Assembly (NCBI GenBank): GCA_951406725.2 | Contig: OX597827.1 | Location: 51,026,001-51,090,000 of the forward strand | DNA: 64,000 bases | Source of the DNA: Octopus vulgaris | Lineage: Eukaryota | Direction of reading: 5' to 3' | Part shown: positions 60,092 through 64,000 of the stretch, one piece after another | How the letters are laid out: every line of letters begins with the position of its first letter | How positions within the stretch are numbered: the first letter of the stretch is position 1 | Made by a program: the position numbers and the translations under genes | The notes under the pieces: generated by a model | Seen by the model: the letters and a program-made list of their open reading frames with translations, nothing else | Told to the model about the DNA's origin: nothing | Databases searched by the model: none

Positions 60092-62635
60092 GCATGTATA
60101 CATACAGCAGCCTTCCACAAACAATTACAATGATGCAGAAAAACCAGCTAAGTGCTGATTTTTTTTTCTTCCACACAACATTCCACTCAACAACTAACTA
60201 GACCCCATTTAGAATATATTAATAAAATAATTGATAATTCACTCCTAGTTATAACTGTTTTCTCACCACCTGCCACCAAAATCTCCCTAATTATCTCTTA
60301 TCTCTGTCTTAAAATTGTGAAGTTGTCTCAATAGTTATTACTCTAATCCCACAATTTTAATTCTTAGCTTACACTTCTCACACTTTCTCACAATTTCTCA
60401 CTTATACGCCTAGTTTTTGTGATAACATTATCTTTTAAGGATCACTTATATCTTTAGTTATCACCCTTATTAGCACCATTACAATACTAGCATATTTTTA
60501 CCTATAGGGCACCTCTATCCACCCATAAAAATCTTACTCTCAACGCAAATCAGGAGCCTATCTAATATGATATTTAGTCAATGTTTATCATTTCTATCAA
60601 CTAGCAACATAATAAATATAAGATTCTCAATAAAACTTCATAATCTCATAATAGTTTTTCCTGGAAATGATTAATCAAATGTACAAACATTCTCAAATCA
60701 TTCTAGCTATATATCATCAATTTTCTTCCACAAAACACATCACAAAGTTGGTGTAGTTATATATAGGTGTTAGTATAGCTTTGAAAGCACACAGCTAAAG
60801 GCCAACTTATATGATGGCACAAATTTACAAGAGGTTAAGTTTAATCGAGCATTACTACCCTTATAACAAGAAAGATATTGTTACATCAGTCTGTTTGTCA
60901 ACATGTCATATAAAAGGAAGAAGAGAGAAATTTGAAGGAAAATTTTCACAAGTACTTAGAATTTAAATGGGAAATTTTTATGATTTAAAAAAAATTTTTT
61001 TTTATGTCATTCTATTTTGAAGATTGCAGATTCCAGGAAGCCTTTTAGTATTTAATGCTTAGATAATTATATAAATGAGTCATACCTTAACTTGATCCTG
61101 CCTATATCCATGTAATAATCTTATGCCATAGTATCAATTGATTATAATAATGAAGTTGAATAGTTATCCAAGATCATGGAATAAAGATAAATTGCTTGGC
61201 TTGGATTAATGACAATTTAACAAAGTATAAAATTATTTTTAGATTCCAAAGCAGTTAGCCTGATATTCTGAACAAAGTTTAATACATTTGGACATTTTGG
61301 TAGAGGAGTACTCAAATCTTTATTATCTAAACTTTGTCAAAATCACAACCATTTTTCAAAGAAATCATTTTTGCATCAAACTTCAACAAAATCATAGCAG
61401 AATCATCTTAGTTACAAACTTTTACATTTTGAATTCAAATACTGCAAAAATTAAATTTGCCTTTCCTCCTGTGGCTGGGGGTGGGGTGGGATAAAATAAA
61501 GTAGTAATTAAAAACTTATAAAGCATCCAGTGTAAATGAAATTATATTAGAAGAGGTAAATCCATCCAAGCCACTTAAACAAGATTTTGTTGTTTTATAA
61601 AAATTAGGCGTTCATTAATTGCATGTGTTAATTATCATGCTAAAGTATTTATACAACATTATAATGAAAGATCATACGCCAGGAATATGTCTTAAAGAAA
61701 CTCTTCCGTCTTTGAACAGTGTTCAAGCATAGATGAGTTTCTGTAAGACATTAAGTCTTAAATTCAGTTTCACTTTCACAGCTGACTAATTTGTTCATTT
61801 TATAAGAAATCCTTCCCTAATTTATTCTTGATTGTTTTTTTTGTTTTTTTATGTAGTTAATGATAAATTAAGGTATCCATAAATTGCTTGTATCAGTAGG
61901 GTGGTTTAGTCTTTTAAACAATTCTTGATAAAATGCTTGATACTACAGTTTGTTAATTTCAAAACTGCTGTCATTTTTATAATAATTTAAATAAACAACT
62001 ATTATAAAAGAAATATACAGATATGTTAGTAAATACATAAGATAACGTCACTTGACTAGCAAGTACAGGTCAAAACTTACTTAAATACTCAAGGCTAAAA
62101 ACTTTCAGCACATCCTGATGTGTGTGTATATGTATATATGAGAGAGACTGACAGACAGATCATATACTCAGACAGACAAGCAAGCAAATAGGTAAATTTT
62201 GAAATATTGAAATGCAAACTAAAACACACACTCATGCAACTATGTAGGAATTTACTGATAAGCATCAATACAACACATACTTAAAGAAGTGAAAAGCATT
62301 TAATCATAATACACAATATTTATGCACCCACTACAAGTAATTATGAATATAACCCAAATACATGAACCATTCCTCGACATTTTTAAATGTAACCTAAAAA
62401 TGTGAATATCTTTTTGGATGCATGTTAGATTGGGATTACAATTCCAAACAGAGGTAACTCGTATTTTATAGCATCTGCTGCAAAGTCCTTGCAGGGAAAG
62501 CAATTTATAGTCAACTAATATAATGATAATTAAAAATTTCTCTCTTAGATATTATTTTTTAAACACTGATGTAACATTTTTGATAATCAGTTATACATCT
62601 ATATATATATAAACATATGTGTGTGTATGTATACG

Positions 62636-62706
<71 letters not shown>

Positions 62707-62756
62707 GTATATATATGTGTTTGTATATATACATACATATGTGTGTGTATATATAC

Positions 62757-62796
<40 letters not shown>

Positions 62797-64000
62797 TCTT
62801 ATTTACATGTACACTCATACACATACACACAAACACACACTTACGCACATAATATAATATATACAATATAACATATGTTCCAAAGTTAAATATACCATAA
62901 ATATTCATATGGCATAAACATTGATATATATAACATATATTCTAATTTGTAAATTTATCCCTCAACACTGATATAGTGTTTAAACCACTAAAAGTCTGTA
63001 TAGCAATATAATTGAGATAACAGTTAAAATATTATAAAGCATTGAAACAGCATGAAATGCTAGCTATGAGTACTTATTAGAAAATTATTCAAGTCATTAA
63101 TAAATATACCATGTATATATAATTGCTTAGTTTGCTTCTGAAAACTAAGAAGTAAGATAAAACAAGCATACAATGAGTAAATGGTATGTTTCTTTAATGT
63201 TGTTGTTCTGGTTGTTGTTTTTTTAAAATTGCAATACTCACTTTTTGCTCACCTCTCAGCCTCATCTTCTTCATATATTAAAAATATTTGAAGTTAATAT
63301 ATTAAGAAAGAAGACACTCTTTGCAAAGTTAAATTTAAAATAATTCAAAAATATGCTAAATAAATCAGCAAAAAAATATTCAAAAAAAAACACTACACAT
63401 TTTAATTTATAATTACACAGCATGTATGTCTGTAAAGATTTATAAACCTTGTGTACAGGTCTTTATACTTGTGTGTAAGGTCTATATATCTACATGTATA
63501 TATTGGTATGTACATGAGAATGAATGATTTGATGTTCATTTTAAAAATATTTCAATTTTTTAAAAATTTCCTAATGACCTTTTTTGATTTTTTTCCTCAC
63601 TTACTTGAATAAAAAATTTATAATTTTTTCATATTTCTTTCTTTGACTTGTTCATTTTTTCCCCTTATATCTTTAGGGAGAAATGTTTCTGCATGAAATT
63701 TGTTAAGAGAGAATGTTGATAAATGCCCCAGTATTTCATTAAAAAGAGAGCATTGGGCCTCACGGAGGCAATGTAGCTGATGTCAGTATGACATAAAAAG
63801 CACTTTTCAAGTGTTGGGCCTCATGAAGGCAAGGACATATGACTGAGACCTTTGGGAATATGCTGTGCTTGAGAAGAAGACCCATCAAGCCAAGTGAAAT
63901 TATAGTCATGGAAGATACTGGCAACCATGCCAGTAGCACATAAAAGCACCCATTACACTATCGAAGTGGTTGGCATTAGGAAGGGCATCTAGCTGTAGAA

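Noticed and set aside
52600-63700. Possible 3'UTR or exons of a neighbouring minus-strand gene
   Set aside because: AT-rich unique-looking stretches exist, but I found no recognisable coding exon with splice sites and protein similarity.

Overview
AT-rich, microsatellite-dense animal genomic DNA. The repeat families resemble those of Octopus or a related cephalopod (inference from recalled repeat sequences, not a database hit). Nearly all ORFs in the supplied track are microsatellite or repeat artefacts. One protein-coding gene can be built by hand: the last 15 exons (880-31802, + strand, 1482 nt, 493 aa plus stop, all GT-AG, phases consistent) of an M13 neprilysin/endothelin-converting-enzyme-like zinc metallopeptidase whose 5' end lies upstream of the window. 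It keeps the HExxH (HEITH) and ExxD (ENIAD) zinc motifs and the C-terminal CEVW. It has non-canonical residues at three normally conserved active-site positions: VNAFY becomes VSPFY, HxFDD becomes HAFGI, and DxHSP becomes DHFAP. The rest is mobile DNA: two full-length decayed mariner elements (one very similar to Hsmar1), a maT/DD37D-like deletion derivative, hAT and piggyBac-type MITEs, three tRNA-type SINE families, an RTE-tailed SINE family, a decayed RTE-like LINE and several Penelope-like remnants. The most notable non-coding features are a 265-bp-arm intronic foldback carrying a minimal hammerhead ribozyme motif, a second hammerhead-like family, several hairpins next to (TA)n tracts, an inverted SINE pair bracketing the zinc-ligand exons, and a U2 snRNA 5' fragment. 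I could not demonstrate a wholly new biological system. The strongest leads are the divergent peptidase and the intronic ribozyme/dsRNA elements.
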